Source: Saprolegnia diclina VS20 (Eukaryota). From it: a DNA stretch of 43,490 bases. This document shows positions 1 to 11,576 of this stretch, one piece after another. Location of the stretch: assembly GCF_000281045.1 (NCBI RefSeq), contig NW_008246073.1, forward strand, positions 249,495 to 292,984, written 5' to 3'. The number at the start of each line of letters is the position of its first letter. The first letter of the stretch is position 1. The position numbers and the translations under genes are program-made. The notes beneath the pieces were generated by a model. It was not told the DNA's origin, did no database searches, and saw only the letters and a list, made by a program, of their open reading frames with translations.

Positions 1-1439
1 GGCATATACGCTGCAGATCACGCAGCACGGCGACTCGTTCAACAACGACTTTGCCGGCCACCTACCAACTGCGACGAAAGACACGCTCGAAGCGCACTGG
101 TTCAACCCATACTGGTCGCCAGCACCGCCGCACATTGCAGTGTGTCACTCCGAGCCCGGAGCGTGGCACCCCGCGCGGTACCACACAAGCACGTGTCCGC
201 CGATCGGTACCGTTCGACTTGCGCATGGCGACGAATACAACGAGTCGTAGGCTCGACGTATGCGATCGGTCGAACAATGTTTGAGACCGACCGGATTCCG
301 TCGGGGTGGGCCGAGCGCATGGCGGCCATGGACGAGATCTGGGTCCCCACGCAGTACGATACGTCGCTCACGCATACGCTGAAGCCGTTGCGTGTAGGTT
401 CCAGAAGCAGGTGTTCCAAGACGGCGGTGTCCCGGAAGCCAAGCTTGTCGTCGTGCCTGAAGCTGTCGACGTGGCGTATTTTGACCCGGAGAACGCGACG
501 CCACTGGCCTTGCCTGGCGTCGATGCATCGACGACCGTCTTTCTCTCCATCTTCAAGTACGGAGCCCATTAGTCCTAAATCTCAGTGATGCATCAGGTGG
601 GAAGAGCGCAAGGGCTGGAAGATCTTGCTGCGCTCGTATTTTGGCGCGTTCCCGCGGGACGCCAACGTGCTTCTCGTGCTCTTGACCAACTCGTACCACA
701 GCTCGAGCGATTTCGAGGTACTCGGTGTCTTCTTTACTTTTCATGGCATTTTGAACTTGGTCAGGCGATGATTACGGAGTTTGCGCTCGACGACCTGGAG
801 CGCGACCTTGGTGACTTGCCGCGCGTACACGTCCTTCCGCCGCATTTGCCCCAGGTGCCTTACTACTTATATGTTTCTATCGCAGACACCGACTTATTCC
901 AGAGCACAGGACGAACTCCCGTCGTTGTACAAGGCGGCGACGGCGTTCGTGCTGCCGTCGCGCGGCGAAGGCTGGGGTCGCCCGCACGTTGAGGCCATGT
1001 CGATGGGACTGCCAGTGATCGCGACCTTTTGGAGCGGACCAACCGAGTTTATGACGCTAGACAACTCGTTTCCGCTGCAGATCGACGGCCTCGTACCGGT
1101 AGCGCACCGAGATTCCCATTGCGAAACTGGGATGACCGGCCTCGCCTTAGATTCTGGACGGCGCGTTCAAAGGCCACTTGTGGGCCAATCCGTCCGAGGC
1201 GCATCTCATCGAGCTCTTGCAGTACGTCGTGGCGCATCCCGAGGTACGTCATTTCGTTTCAAAACCGAGGTTGGATTTGGATGCACATTGGCGCGTAGGA
1301 TGCCAAGGCCAAGGGGCAGCGCGCACGCGCCGACATGGTCGACAAGTATGCGCCGTCGATCCTCGCAAAGATCGTGGATGGGCACTGGCAGCGCATCTTG
1401 GCCCGGTTGCAGAGCGACGAGACGCACGAAGAGTTGTAG
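1..1439 (+). CDS. Glycosyltransferase family 4 (GT-B) protein, 5' end outside window, about 7 exons visible
   Basis: Spliced reading gives [73 protein letters not shown] (GT4 E-x7-E motif). Ends ...ETHEEL-TAG at 1437-1439. GT-AG introns. Confidence 0.88.
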
Positions 1440-1917
1440 GAATACATTTTCGTTGCTTTTTGTTTTGCGCCGGTCGCGATTATCGGTACCCGTGCGACAC
1501 GACCCCAGATGTTAGAAACTATCACTAGCCTTATTCCTATTGCCGCTAGTTCTTCGTTCGTATTGCGGTCGCACCATCAGGTCACACAGGGCTGGCCATC
1601 CTACTGCACTTGAATGGCCACCCATATCGCAAGCATCTGCAACGAAGACAGTGTCTGGCACATCGCATCGCCGTCGTTGCTTCTCGCGCGTGATGGAAAT
1701 TGTGTGCGTCTGGTGCTCGATGGCGCGCGCTCCATGCAAACGCTGGTCTCCTCCGGAATCGTCTCGGGCCGCTCGCGCTGCCACGTCATGAAACCACGAA
1801 ACGCGTTGCTGAATTTGCTTTGTCACCACGCTGGAGTGTTGGTTCGGAACGATCATCACTCTACTCTGCCACCGCCTGTCTGCCCACACATATACAAATC
1901 ATCGACGAATCCCGCTC

Positions 1918-2829
1918 ATGGCAAGCGTTCTCGCCTCCGACGCCTACAACAAGGTCACGCGTCTCGCCAACGGGCGGCAAGTGAGCTACGCCGACGTCGG
2001 CGACGGCTTTCCCGTTGTCTGCCTCGTGGGCATGCATGGCCATCGGCACTACGCCTACCTCTTCCACGCGCTCGCTGCCAAACACGGCGTGCGCTTCCTC
2101 TGCATCGACCGCCCGGGGTATGGCCTCTCGGACGCGTCGGATGACGCAACGCCAGTCCCCATTGCGTTCGCTCACATCCTCCACGAGCTCTTGGGCCAGC
2201 TGGGTATCGAGTCGTTTGGCCTGATGGGGCAGTCGGCCGGCGCTCTCTTTGCGCTTGGTATTGCGGCTACCGATGCGCTAAAGGGCCGCATTGCCGGCGC
2301 CGTCGTCCTTCTTGCCCCGTGGGTCGGCGTCGAGAAGAGCCCGTTCTTGCTCAAACTCGCGAGTTGCTGCCCAAATGTGCTCTTGTCCGCGGGCGTCGGC
2401 TGCTTAAGTGCGTCCATGGACGTCAGTATGTCGTACCTGGCGGCAAATGCGTCTGTGCCCGTACTGTGCGCTCAAGATAACGACAGCGACGACAACGACG
2501 AAACAGCGCTCATGTCGCCACGTCATGTGTGCCTAGGCGATCTCCGCGCGACCATTTCCAAAGAGCCGCAGAACGCGATCGGCGACGTGCTCCTGTGCCT
2601 CGGCCGGGACCCGCGGGGCGTCGGCTACGACGCCAACACAATTTCGTCCCATGTACATGTTGTCCACGGTGAGAAAGACAGTATGGTGCCGGTCGCAGCT
2701 GTGCTGGACTTTGTCGCGGCGATGCCAAATGCGACGCTCGAGCTCGTCCCAGACGCCAATCATTCGAATCTTGGTTTCAACGAACCAGCAATGGATAGAG
2801 TGTTTGCCCAGTACTCTCGGACCCCGTAA
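1918..2829 (+). CDS. Alpha/beta-hydrolase fold protein (copy 1 of 4), intronless
   Basis: 303 aa ORF with IDRPGYGLS, nucleophile elbow GQSAG, HGEKD (Asp) and ANH (His). Confidence 0.92.
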   Translation: MASVLASDAYNKVTRLANGRQVSYADVGDGFPVVCLVGMHGHRHYAYLFHALAAKHGVRFLCIDRPGYGLSDASDDATPVPIAFAHILHELLGQLGIESFGLMGQSAGALFALGIAATDALKGRIAGAVVLLAPWVGVEKSPFLLKLASCCPNVLLSAGVGCLSASMDVSMSYLAANASVPVLCAQDNDSDDNDETALMSPRHVCLGDLRATISKEPQNAIGDVLLCLGRDPRGVGYDANTISSHVHVVHGEKDSMVPVAAVLDFVAAMPNATLELVPDANHSNLGFNEPAMDRVFAQYSRTP

Positions 2830-2877
2830 CTCTCAAAACGATGCTGATCTTCCTGGAGAAATAATTCCACTTTCTGC

Positions 2878-3190
2878 CCCTCCACGAGGCTCACCTGGCT
2901 CACCAACTCGTTGTCGAATTGGCCCAAACGGCTCGCAATTGTGCCACCATCTATCCGTTTGGGCCAATTCGACAACGAGTTGGGGAGCCAGGTGAGCCTC
3001 GTGGAGGGATACACGGTGCTGTCGTTGGAAACATCTTGTGGGCTCTCGACACCTTTCAAACATGTATGGTGCCACTATTGCTAGCCGTTTGGGCCTAATC
3101 GACAACGAGTTGGTGAGCCAGGTGAGCCTCACCGACGTGTGCTCGATGGTGTTGTTGGAAACATCTAGTGGGCTCTACACGCCTCTCAAA
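2878..3190. repeat. Fold-back element: 54-bp inverted repeat plus a ~130-bp-period direct repeat
   Basis: 2878-2931 is the reverse complement of 2955-3008 (1 mismatch, 23-nt spacer). 3085-3190 repeats 2955-3060 imperfectly. Confidence 0.9.
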
Positions 3191-3205
3191 TGTCAAAGAA
3201 AGATT

Positions 3206-3237
3206 TCGTGCAAAAGCGAGATCGTGCAAAAGCGAGA
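3206..3237 (+). repeat. Perfect 16-bp tandem duplication TCGTGCAAAAGCGAGA x2
   Basis: Read directly: 3206-3221 and 3222-3237. Confidence 0.9.
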
Positions 3238-3368
3238 TGGTACAAAAGCTTTTCGAGGAAGAATGACTGTCTCAACCCACCCTGTCCACAGCGCCAACCA
3301 ATCAAATGTCATGTGTTCAAGAACGTTGGTCGTTGGACCCCTTTGGACCAGACCTCGATTGGCGACAC

Positions 3369-4265
3369 ATGACGACGAACCCCTTGACCGACGGCGCCTT
3401 CAACCGCACGCTGCGCCTCGCCGATGGGCGCATTGTGAGCTATGCTGACGTCGGAGCGCAAGACGGTATGCCTGTGCTGCTCTTTTTGGGCATGCACGGC
3501 CATCGCCACGCGACCGTGCTCGTCGAGGCTGTCGCTCGCCAGCGTGGCCTTCGGCTCTTGTGCATCGACCGTCCGGGCTACGGTCTCTCGAGCCCGCTGC
3601 CGTACGACGCGGCGACGCCCGAACCGATCGCGTTTACTGACATTGTCCAAGCCCTCGTGGACGCGCTGGACATCGCTCGCTTTGGCGTCATGGGGCAGTC
3701 GGCTGGCGCGCTCTACGCGATGGCGGTAGCATCACAGAGCCATTTAGCACCGCGCATCGTGGCACCGCTCGTTCTTATTTCGCCATGGGTGCGCCTCACA
3801 AACTCGAGGACGTCGCGCGTGCTGTATGCAGCGTCGTACGCACCTCGCTCCGTGCTGGCGGCCGCCGTCAAGGTCATGGACATCTCGATGGAGTGGGGCG
3901 CCGTGTGGAGTGCGTCGGACGAGATGGCACTTCTTGGCACGAACATGTCCATTCCGTTTGGCGAGCTCCGTGCGCGCGTCGCCACCGAAGCGCACAACGC
4001 GTACGGCGACATCCTCTTGTGCCTCGAGAAGGACCCGCGCGGCGTCGGCTACGACGTCCTCACGGACCTGCGCGTGCCGCTCCATGTTGTCCATGGCGCT
4101 ACAGACGGCATGGTGCCGGTTGACGCCGCCGTTAGCTTTGTCGCGAGCATCCAGGGCGCAACGATCACGATTGTACCCGAGACGCCCCACCGCTTTATCG
4201 ACTTTTACAAGACGGGGATCGAACTCGCGTTTGATGCCTTTGCACCGTCGACAACCAGCGTCTAG
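3369..4265 (+). CDS. Alpha/beta-hydrolase fold protein (copy 2), intronless
   Basis: LGMHGHRH, IDRPGYGLS, GQSAG, HGATD, TPH. The start at ATG 3369 (MTTNP) matches paralog length. Confidence 0.92.
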   Translation: MTTNPLTDGAFNRTLRLADGRIVSYADVGAQDGMPVLLFLGMHGHRHATVLVEAVARQRGLRLLCIDRPGYGLSSPLPYDAATPEPIAFTDIVQALVDALDIARFGVMGQSAGALYAMAVASQSHLAPRIVAPLVLISPWVRLTNSRTSRVLYAASYAPRSVLAAAVKVMDISMEWGAVWSASDEMALLGTNMSIPFGELRARVATEAHNAYGDILLCLEKDPRGVGYDVLTDLRVPLHVVHGATDGMVPVDAAVSFVASIQGATITIVPETPHRFIDFYKTGIELAFDAFAPSTTSV

Positions 4266-4720
4266 ACGAGAAAACAGGAAGATTGCGCAGGCGACGCACA
4301 GCACATTCGTCAGATTCTGTCCGATTCAAAATCGTTTCCGTGTTGCGCGAGAGTCCCTACATCTGGCGTGGTGACCGGGTGCAGTACCGACAAGGAAGTC
4401 TGAGTTTGTTCTCTCGAGTAGCTGTTGCACCCAGACGCCGCCTCGCTTACCGTTGGATACACTAGATGCACGCCACCGTTCGTCCATTTCGAGGTTCACC
4501 AAGGCGATGTACGCTGCGATGTACGAGCCTCTCGTCCGTGCCGTTGTTCATGCCGCCTCGATGCGTCGGTGTGACGCGCCTCTTTGGCGCCACGATGAGT
4601 CGACCATCACTCTATCGTTGACGTGACAAGCTTCCTTTCTCGATGACGCGCCTTGCGTGATGGCGGCCGCGTGACATCATCAACGCAGTCACAGACCAAA
4701 AGCCTGCGTGCGACGCGCAT

Positions 4721-5638
4721 ATGACGTGTGCTTTGGATGCACCACACTACAACTGCGTAGTGACCCTTCCCAGTGGCCCACGCGTGAGCTACGCGGTTGA
4801 TGGCGACCCCAGCGGGCAGCCTGTGCTCTGCTTTCTCGGTATGCGCGGTCATCGGTACTTTACGTACCTCTACCAAGGGCTTGCACGCAAGCACAAGATA
4901 CGGTTGTTTGGGATCGACCGCCCCGGCTACGGCCTCTCGGACCCGCTCACCACTGGCGACGCAACGCCGGCACCCATCGCGTTTGCCCATCGTGTCGCAG
5001 AGCTCGTCGACGTCCTCGGCATTGGCGAGTTTGGTCTCGTCGGGGGCTCGGCCGGCGCCATGTTTGCTTTGGCCATCGCCGCCAACGCCCGCCTTGCACC
5101 CCGCATCGTGTCACCTGTCGTCCTCGTCGCGCCGTGGGTGGGCACCAACGCTGCGGCGTGTCCGTGGCTGCTGAAAGCTGCGTCGTGGCTGCCGCAGCTT
5201 GCCATTTCGAGATGCGTGCAGCTCGTGCTTGGCTCGATGAATGTCAGCATGACGCACCTCAATGGCAGTCATACCGTGCGCATCCTCAGCAACGTCGAGG
5301 CGAGTGCCGACCCGCTCTTGATGGACGAGCTTTGCGTGCGCATCAACGCCGAGCCCAACAATGTGGATGACGACGTGCAGCTCGGCTTGGGCAAGGACCC
5401 CCGCGGGTACGGCGTGCCTCTACCTCACGTCCGTGTGCCAATTTATGTGATCCACGCCGAGCTGGACGCGCTCGTACCCCTCCAAGCAGCACAAGAGCTT
5501 GTCGCTGGCGTTCCGGTGGGCGTGCTCAAGGTCGTCCCCGGCGCCACCCACTCGTTACTTCCGTTTGATGACGACACGATGGATCATGTTTTTGGACGCG
5601 TTGGCGCCAAGGCGACCTTTCGACGCAGCTCCCTGTAA
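4721..5638 (+). CDS. Alpha/beta-hydrolase fold protein (copy 3), intronless
   Basis: LGMRGHRY, IDRPGYGLS, GGSAG, HAELD, ATH. Confidence 0.92.
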   Translation: MTCALDAPHYNCVVTLPSGPRVSYAVDGDPSGQPVLCFLGMRGHRYFTYLYQGLARKHKIRLFGIDRPGYGLSDPLTTGDATPAPIAFAHRVAELVDVLGIGEFGLVGGSAGAMFALAIAANARLAPRIVSPVVLVAPWVGTNAAACPWLLKAASWLPQLAISRCVQLVLGSMNVSMTHLNGSHTVRILSNVEASADPLLMDELCVRINAEPNNVDDDVQLGLGKDPRGYGVPLPHVRVPIYVIHAELDALVPLQAAQELVAGVPVGVLKVVPGATHSLLPFDDDTMDHVFGRVGAKATFRRSSL

Positions 5639-5893
5639 TTGCATGGGACTGCGCCGTCTCGATGAGTGTCCCGACTCGTATGGAATGCTAGCGTAAATGG
5701 ATCTATGTTTTGGACGTCGGTGTTTCTTTGCGCCTGGCCATCTTGGTTTGATTGGCATCTCGAGCCAGTCGAAGATCGCAACATTGCGTCATGAGGGCGT
5801 GGCCAATCAAAACCGTCGGAAAGCAGTAATTATGACCAATCCCTATCGAGGTGGCGTGTCGCAACTACATCCACCAAAGACACACAAGCCGAG

Positions 5894-6832
5894 ATGAGTG
5901 GCGGCGTCCTCGACGGCCCCGACTACAATGGCGTCATCACGCTGCAGGACGGACGCCATGTGAGCTACGCCCAGGTCGGCGATGCCAAAGGCATTCCTGT
6001 CGTCTGCCTCCTCGGCATGCGCGGCCACCGGCACTTTATCTACCTCTTTAAGGAGCTCGCGCTCCTCTACGGCATCCGCCTCCTCTGCATCGACCGCCCA
6101 GGCTACGGCCTCTCGGACCCGATCGCCGACTCGAGCTTGCCAGCGCCGATTGCCTTTGTCTACATCCTCGAGCAAGTGCTCGCGCAGCTGCAGATCGAGC
6201 GGTTCGGGCTCATGGCGCAGTCGGCCGGCGCCATCTACGCGTTGGCGATCGCGAGCCAAAAGGCGCTCGCATCACGCCTCATCGAGCCGCTCACACTGCT
6301 CTCGCCATGGGTCGGTATCACGAATCGGTCGTGTCCGCGGTTACTCAAGATGGCGTCGTACTGCCCGACGCGGCTCATTGCCGCCGGCATGAAGCTTGTG
6401 AATGCGTCGGTCGACTTGAGCATGGCGTATGTCGATCCCAACCAGTCGGTGCGAACGCTCGGTCACGGCCTCTTGCTCGCCGACGACAGCGGACACGAGA
6501 CGAACACCGAGGTACCGCTGAGCCTCTCGCCGCGGCTCCGGTTTGGTGATTTTCGCGCGCGCATGGACGCCGAGCCCCACAATGCGTACCACGACGCGCT
6601 TTTGTGTCTCGGGAAGGACCGCAACGGCTGTGGGTTTGAGCTCTCAGACGTTACTGTTCGCGTCCACGTGGTGCACGGCGAAAAGGACACGCTTGTCCCA
6701 AGGAAAGCCGCGATCGAGTTCGTCGCCGCCGTCCCGAATGCCACGCTCGACTTGGTCCCCCACGCGACGCACGCGCTTTTGATTTTTCAAGAAGAAGTCA
6801 TCGCCGACATTTTTGCCTCATTTACGCCCTAA
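5894..6832 (+). CDS. Alpha/beta-hydrolase fold protein (copy 4), intronless
   Basis: LGMRGHRH, IDRPGYGLS, AQSAG, HGEKD, ATH. Confidence 0.92.
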   Translation: MSGGVLDGPDYNGVITLQDGRHVSYAQVGDAKGIPVVCLLGMRGHRHFIYLFKELALLYGIRLLCIDRPGYGLSDPIADSSLPAPIAFVYILEQVLAQLQIERFGLMAQSAGAIYALAIASQKALASRLIEPLTLLSPWVGITNRSCPRLLKMASYCPTRLIAAGMKLVNASVDLSMAYVDPNQSVRTLGHGLLLADDSGHETNTEVPLSLSPRLRFGDFRARMDAEPHNAYHDALLCLGKDRNGCGFELSDVTVRVHVVHGEKDTLVPRKAAIEFVAAVPNATLDLVPHATHALLIFQEEVIADIFASFTP

Positions 6833-6875
6833 TCGTCATTGGTGTGGTTTAATTAATTCCTTGAAAAGACATTGT

Positions 6876-6898
6876 GTTGTTGTTGTTGTTGTTGTTGT
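6876..6898. repeat. (GTT)n microsatellite
   Basis: About 7-8 GTT units downstream of hydrolase copy 4. Confidence 0.9.
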
Positions 6899-7311
6899 CT
6901 ACTTCCTGCAGGAATGTCAGGACAGAACGATGGCGTTTTTAAAGCCAAAAAGAATACGAGTTGTCGTCGGTGGACGTTGCGAATGCTATGTACTAGGATA
7001 GAACGATGACATCTTGAAGTACTACAAAATTCGAGCTGTCGGTCGTGTCAACACAGCGTGGTGGGTAGCGACGTGGATTAGGGTTTCCATACCTCGTCGA
7101 TAAGGTTATCCAAGTACGTATTACAATTGAAGGTATTAATAGTTTTACTACAGCGAATAATGAAGCACACGCGGCGAGCGCACGAGAGGTCAAGTCGTGT
7201 GCTGGACGCCGACCATGGCGCGGACCAAAATGGACTTGAAAGGGGCGTTTCGAAGTCGGGGTCGTAACGCACGGGCCGCAGTCGTTTATTGTTGCCGCAA
7301 AATTGCCGACC

Positions 7312-9294
7312 ATGCAGCGCCATGACTCCAAGACGATGCTCAAAAAGATGGAACTCGACTACGACAGTCGCATGGAGGAGCAAGTCGACGACCTCCGCGA
7401 GAAGATGCGTCTTTTGCGTACGCTACGAGTGTGCATCCAGTCCACCAACGCACTGTGTAGAGGTCGACCGCAAGAACAACGTTGAGGCGCTCGAAGCCAA
7501 CAAAAACTCCAACAAAGATCTCATCCGACAACTCAAGCAAGAAAATAAGGAGCTCCGCAAGCAGATTGCCGACATGAAGCGCGTACATTGCTCTCCTCTT
7601 GCGCCTTGCATTGCTATTGAGTCGTGCTAGGCGGAGCAAGCCGCCGGCAATGTCATTGGTGGCAACGACCTCGACGACGAGACAGCCCAGATTGCACATC
7701 ACTTGACCAAGTGCCGCAAGCAGTACGACGACGTGCGGCACAAGGTCGCGGCCCAAGTCGACATTCTCGAGCAACTCAAAGTACGTGCATTCAGCGATTG
7801 TGGATAGCTTGTTCACGATATGTATGCGAGATAGGACAATGTCAAGGACCTTGAACTCGAGAGCAAGAAGCCGAGCATGGAAGACACGCCCGAGACGCGC
7901 AAGATTCGAATGCTCGAGAACCGACTGGACAAAGCCATGATCAAGTACAACGAAGCGCAGAGCATCCGCAAGACGTACGAGCAGATCGTGAAGCGGCTCA
8001 AGGAAGAGCGCATCGGCTTTGACAACCAGCTCGCGGCGATCGAGCGCGCGGCGGCGGCCAAGAACCACGACTACGATGAGCTCGTTATGCTCTCCAACGA
8101 CGCGGCACACGCCAAGGAGCTCACGCTTCTCGAGCTCGAGCGCGTCCGGTCCAACTACGAAGAGGAGCGCCGATTGCGCGAGAAGGAGCTCCGCGAGAAG
8201 CAGCAAGTCGTCAAGATGAAGCTCGATATGAACGCCCGTCTCGACAAGCGCGAGAAGCTCAAGACCGACATCGTGTCGGGCGAAGCCGCGCATTTAGAAG
8301 ACGAAGAAGCGGTCGTCATGCGGCAGTCGCTCGCTGTCAACAGCATTGCGCACGTCCGCATGAGCGAAGAAAAGAAGGAGCATCGGACAAAAATTGACAT
8401 TTTCGAAAGCGCCTTCCGCAAAATCAAGGAAGCCACGGGCGTCACGGACGTCAACGAAGTGATTCAGAAGATTGTGAGCCAGGAAGGCACGACCGAGAAC
8501 CTCATGATGCTCACGAAAGAAAACCAAGCGCGGCTCGAAGCGCTCCAAGCCGAACACGTCCATCTCAAAACGCACGTCGAAGAGCTCAAGTACAGCGGCA
8601 GTGGCGGCGGCCATCGACGCAAAATGGTCGACGACCACGAAGCCAACCTCAACATTGCAACCGCCAAGCTCGAGCGTGCACGCCTCAAGTACGAACGCGT
8701 CGCCAAGATCCTCATCAGCGTCAAGGCCGGCGTCGAGCACTTGGTCGACAAGATCGAGTCGGTGCGTTGCCCTATTGAATGGTGCAACATGCTTAGACAT
8801 TGCATTAGGTGCGGGAAGACGGCAAGGCAATTCATGTCGGCGACGACACCATCGTCGAGGCCCTCCACCAGAGCGAAGTGACGCTGACCAACATCTTGAC
8901 GCTCATGCACGCCGCCGCGGTGCGCGCTCAAAAGCCATTGAAAAATGAAGTCGACGAGACCGAACTGCTCCAAGCCGCCGACGACGAGCTCAGCGTTGGC
9001 CTCGCACGCCCGTACAACCAGCGCATTCCGCTGCCGGGCGACGGGCTCCTGCCCGACGATTTGGACGGCGACGACATGGCGATGGACGAAAACGACGATG
9101 CGCTGTCACGTGACCGGGTCAAGAAGGCCTCCAAGCAAGTGCTTCTCGATCAAGACAAAAAGAAGAAGCGGATACAAAAGCGCGCGTCGTTCGCTGACCT
9201 CGACGACGTTGGCGAGCTGGACACGTCCATGGGGCTCAGTGCGTCGGCCGATGGGAAGAAGCCCCTGTCGTCCCCAGGAAAGAAGAAGGGCTAG
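7312..9294 (+). CDS. CCDC151: Outer dynein arm docking complex coiled-coil protein (CCDC151/ODAD3, Chlamydomonas DC1-like), 5 exons
   Basis: Long coiled coil containing IRMLENRLDKAMIKYNEAQSIRKTYEQIVKRLKEERIGFDNQL, typical of this family. GT-AG introns near 7418, 7582, 7781 and 8762. Confidence 0.75.
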
Positions 9295-9451
9295 CCATCG
9301 ACAACAATGGGACAGAGTGTGCAGGCATCACCACCGACTTTATCTTTCAATCTTTCAATTCCGAACTCAATATGCCACTTACATGCGTCCACGTTGAAAT
9401 TAGAGTTAGCGCTGCGCCAGCACACGGTCGACACCCGCTTATAGAAACGGG

Positions 9452-11176
9452 TCAGGGCTTGTACGTGGCATGACCAATCAGACGACCGTACGCCTCGTCG
9501 TACGCGGCCACCGTGTGGGCCCAGGTGTACCGCGTCTCAATGGTGCGTCGCGCGCCATGGCCCAGTCGACGTCGCAACGTCGGATCATCCACCAGAAGCG
9601 CGATCGCCGAGGCCAATGCTGGCGGCGATATCTCATCGACGACCCACGCATTCTCCATGTGGCGAACGTACTCGGCGACGCCAGCGACGCCAAAGGTCAC
9701 GAGTGGTAGCCCCATGGCCATGACTTCCAAGTTGGCAATGCAAAATGTTTCTTGGAGGCCGGGCTGCACGGCCATGTCCCATGTCTGGAGCTCGTGGACG
9801 AGTGCTGCCTCGTCGTCGATGCTTCCAAGAAGTGTGATCGGGTAGCGCTTGTAATACTTGGCATCGCCGCCGTCCCCAACCCAGCGAAAGGTGACGCACG
9901 AAGCAGTCATGTTGGTCTGCAGAAGGAGCTCGACGGCGCGTGCGAGGAGCCCAAGGGACTTTTCGGCAACAATGCGACCGAGATATCCCACGACGACACA
10001 GGGATTTGGACTGCGAGCACGGGAAGCAAAAATTGCATGATCGACGCCGGGCGGAATCACGGTTCGAATGCCGGCGCGCATGACTTGTGAGACACTGGGG
10101 TGGTCGACGGTGTACTGGGACGGCCCGACGAGCAGATCGACAGAGTGTGGCATGGGCATAACCCCCGAGAGTTCGAGAACGACACCTGCAGCGCCGACAG
10201 CGCGCCCCACAGCCGCCCAGACTCGATCGACGTCGCTGGCCGAGTTGGGGTAGCTAAGGACCCCGCCTTTACACGGCGCAAAGGCTTCAGCGAGCGATGC
10301 CCAGAGCGAATGGACGTACGACGGAAACGTCGTTCGATCGTCGGCTTGTCCAAAGTCGGCCAGCGCCGCCATCATTTTCTCGTGTGTGATGTCATACCGG
10401 GCAATGTCTTTGCGTAAGACCTAGATACACTAATAGCAACTAGCATATTGACTATGGACAAGGGTGCTAAAGTCGTACCATCATGGGTACATACGTCACG
10501 TTCCAGCCGTGGGCTGTAAAGACGTCTGTGGGATGCACTGGTTTGGGCTCGAGCAGGAAGACCTATCGCACCCAATTGACTCGGCGGTATACAAGAGAAG
10601 CTAACGAACGTGGAACGAGTAGTCGACGGTGGGATGCCTTCGAAGCGACGCAAGAAGACGCAGCCAAAGCCGCTTTTGCCCGTCCATTGGCGACGACGCC
10701 CCTCCGAAACAGAGCGTCCGTGTCGTAGGGCGCGCCGCCTTGGCCGCCGGCAGCGCCACCAGCGCCATCTTGGATCGTCCCGAGTCTCGGAACAGCTCGA
10801 CTCGGGACGGGATGCGCTCAATGTAGAGCACAATGGGTGCGCTGATTCGTGTAAAGTTGGCGCTAAGGGCCTCGACCAACACATGATGCGACCCCAGGTA
10901 GATGTTTCCAATGACAGCTCCGGGCGCCTGCATGGCAAATGTTGTCCGCAGCTTGTGCCCTGTCAAGCGAATGTGCCCATCGGTCGTCGGGCCAGTGACA
11001 GCGATAGCGATCGGCACGTTGGGCGTCGCGACGAGGTAGTTCGGCGGCGGCCACAAAACGCGCAGCGACGTGTGGGCAGATGCTGCTGCTGCCGCGTAGA
11101 GCACCACCTACGCTCCTGGTTTCTTTCCGCATGCCTGGATCAGCTTACGCACGCTCGCGATAAGACGCATGGCCAT
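9452..11176 (-). CDS. Glycosyltransferase family 4 protein with N-terminal signal peptide, 4 exons
   Basis: GYLGRIVAEKSL, WVGDG, ETFCIANLEVMAMGLPLV, LRRRLGHGAR..YTW in the 9452-10375 ORF. Spliced N-terminus MAMRLIAS|VVLYAAAAASA. Confidence 0.82.
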
Positions 11177-11576
11177 GGCGTTCCGTGGACCGTAAGATCG
11201 CAAATCTTCATCAACTTCAAGCGCACTTTAGAGGGTCTCTTGAAATTAGTGGAGGCACAATGATGAGCGTACTTATCGCAGCCTCATCGTGCGGCGGCAG
11301 GATTTGTCGAAAATGCCGTTTTTAAGGATTTTCCACCAATGAACTGTCATCAAGCCCGTTTGTGATGACTGACGGCTTGGCACAGTGAAGACAGAGACGT
11401 TCCTCAAGGGCAACAACGACGACGCCATCGTGACTGCAGGAGGGACTTGCTTGCCCAATATATACGTATACGCTAGTGACCAACGCACCACTATCTCATA
11501 CAACAACCCAGAAATGTGCGAAAAGGAATGGAAATTGTGTCAAAAGCGGTGTTCGCAAACGTTAAATGTCGGCGCT

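Noticed and set aside
1512..1889. Short ORFs between the GT4 gene and hydrolase 1
   Set aside because: No motif or convincing splice model; cannot be supported.
2878..3238. CRISPR-like array
   Set aside because: Only three copies, one inverted, with non-unique spacers, no cas genes and a eukaryotic context.
7340..8830. Minus-strand ORFs of 317 and 178 aa
   Set aside because: Antisense shadows of the coiled-coil dynein docking gene.
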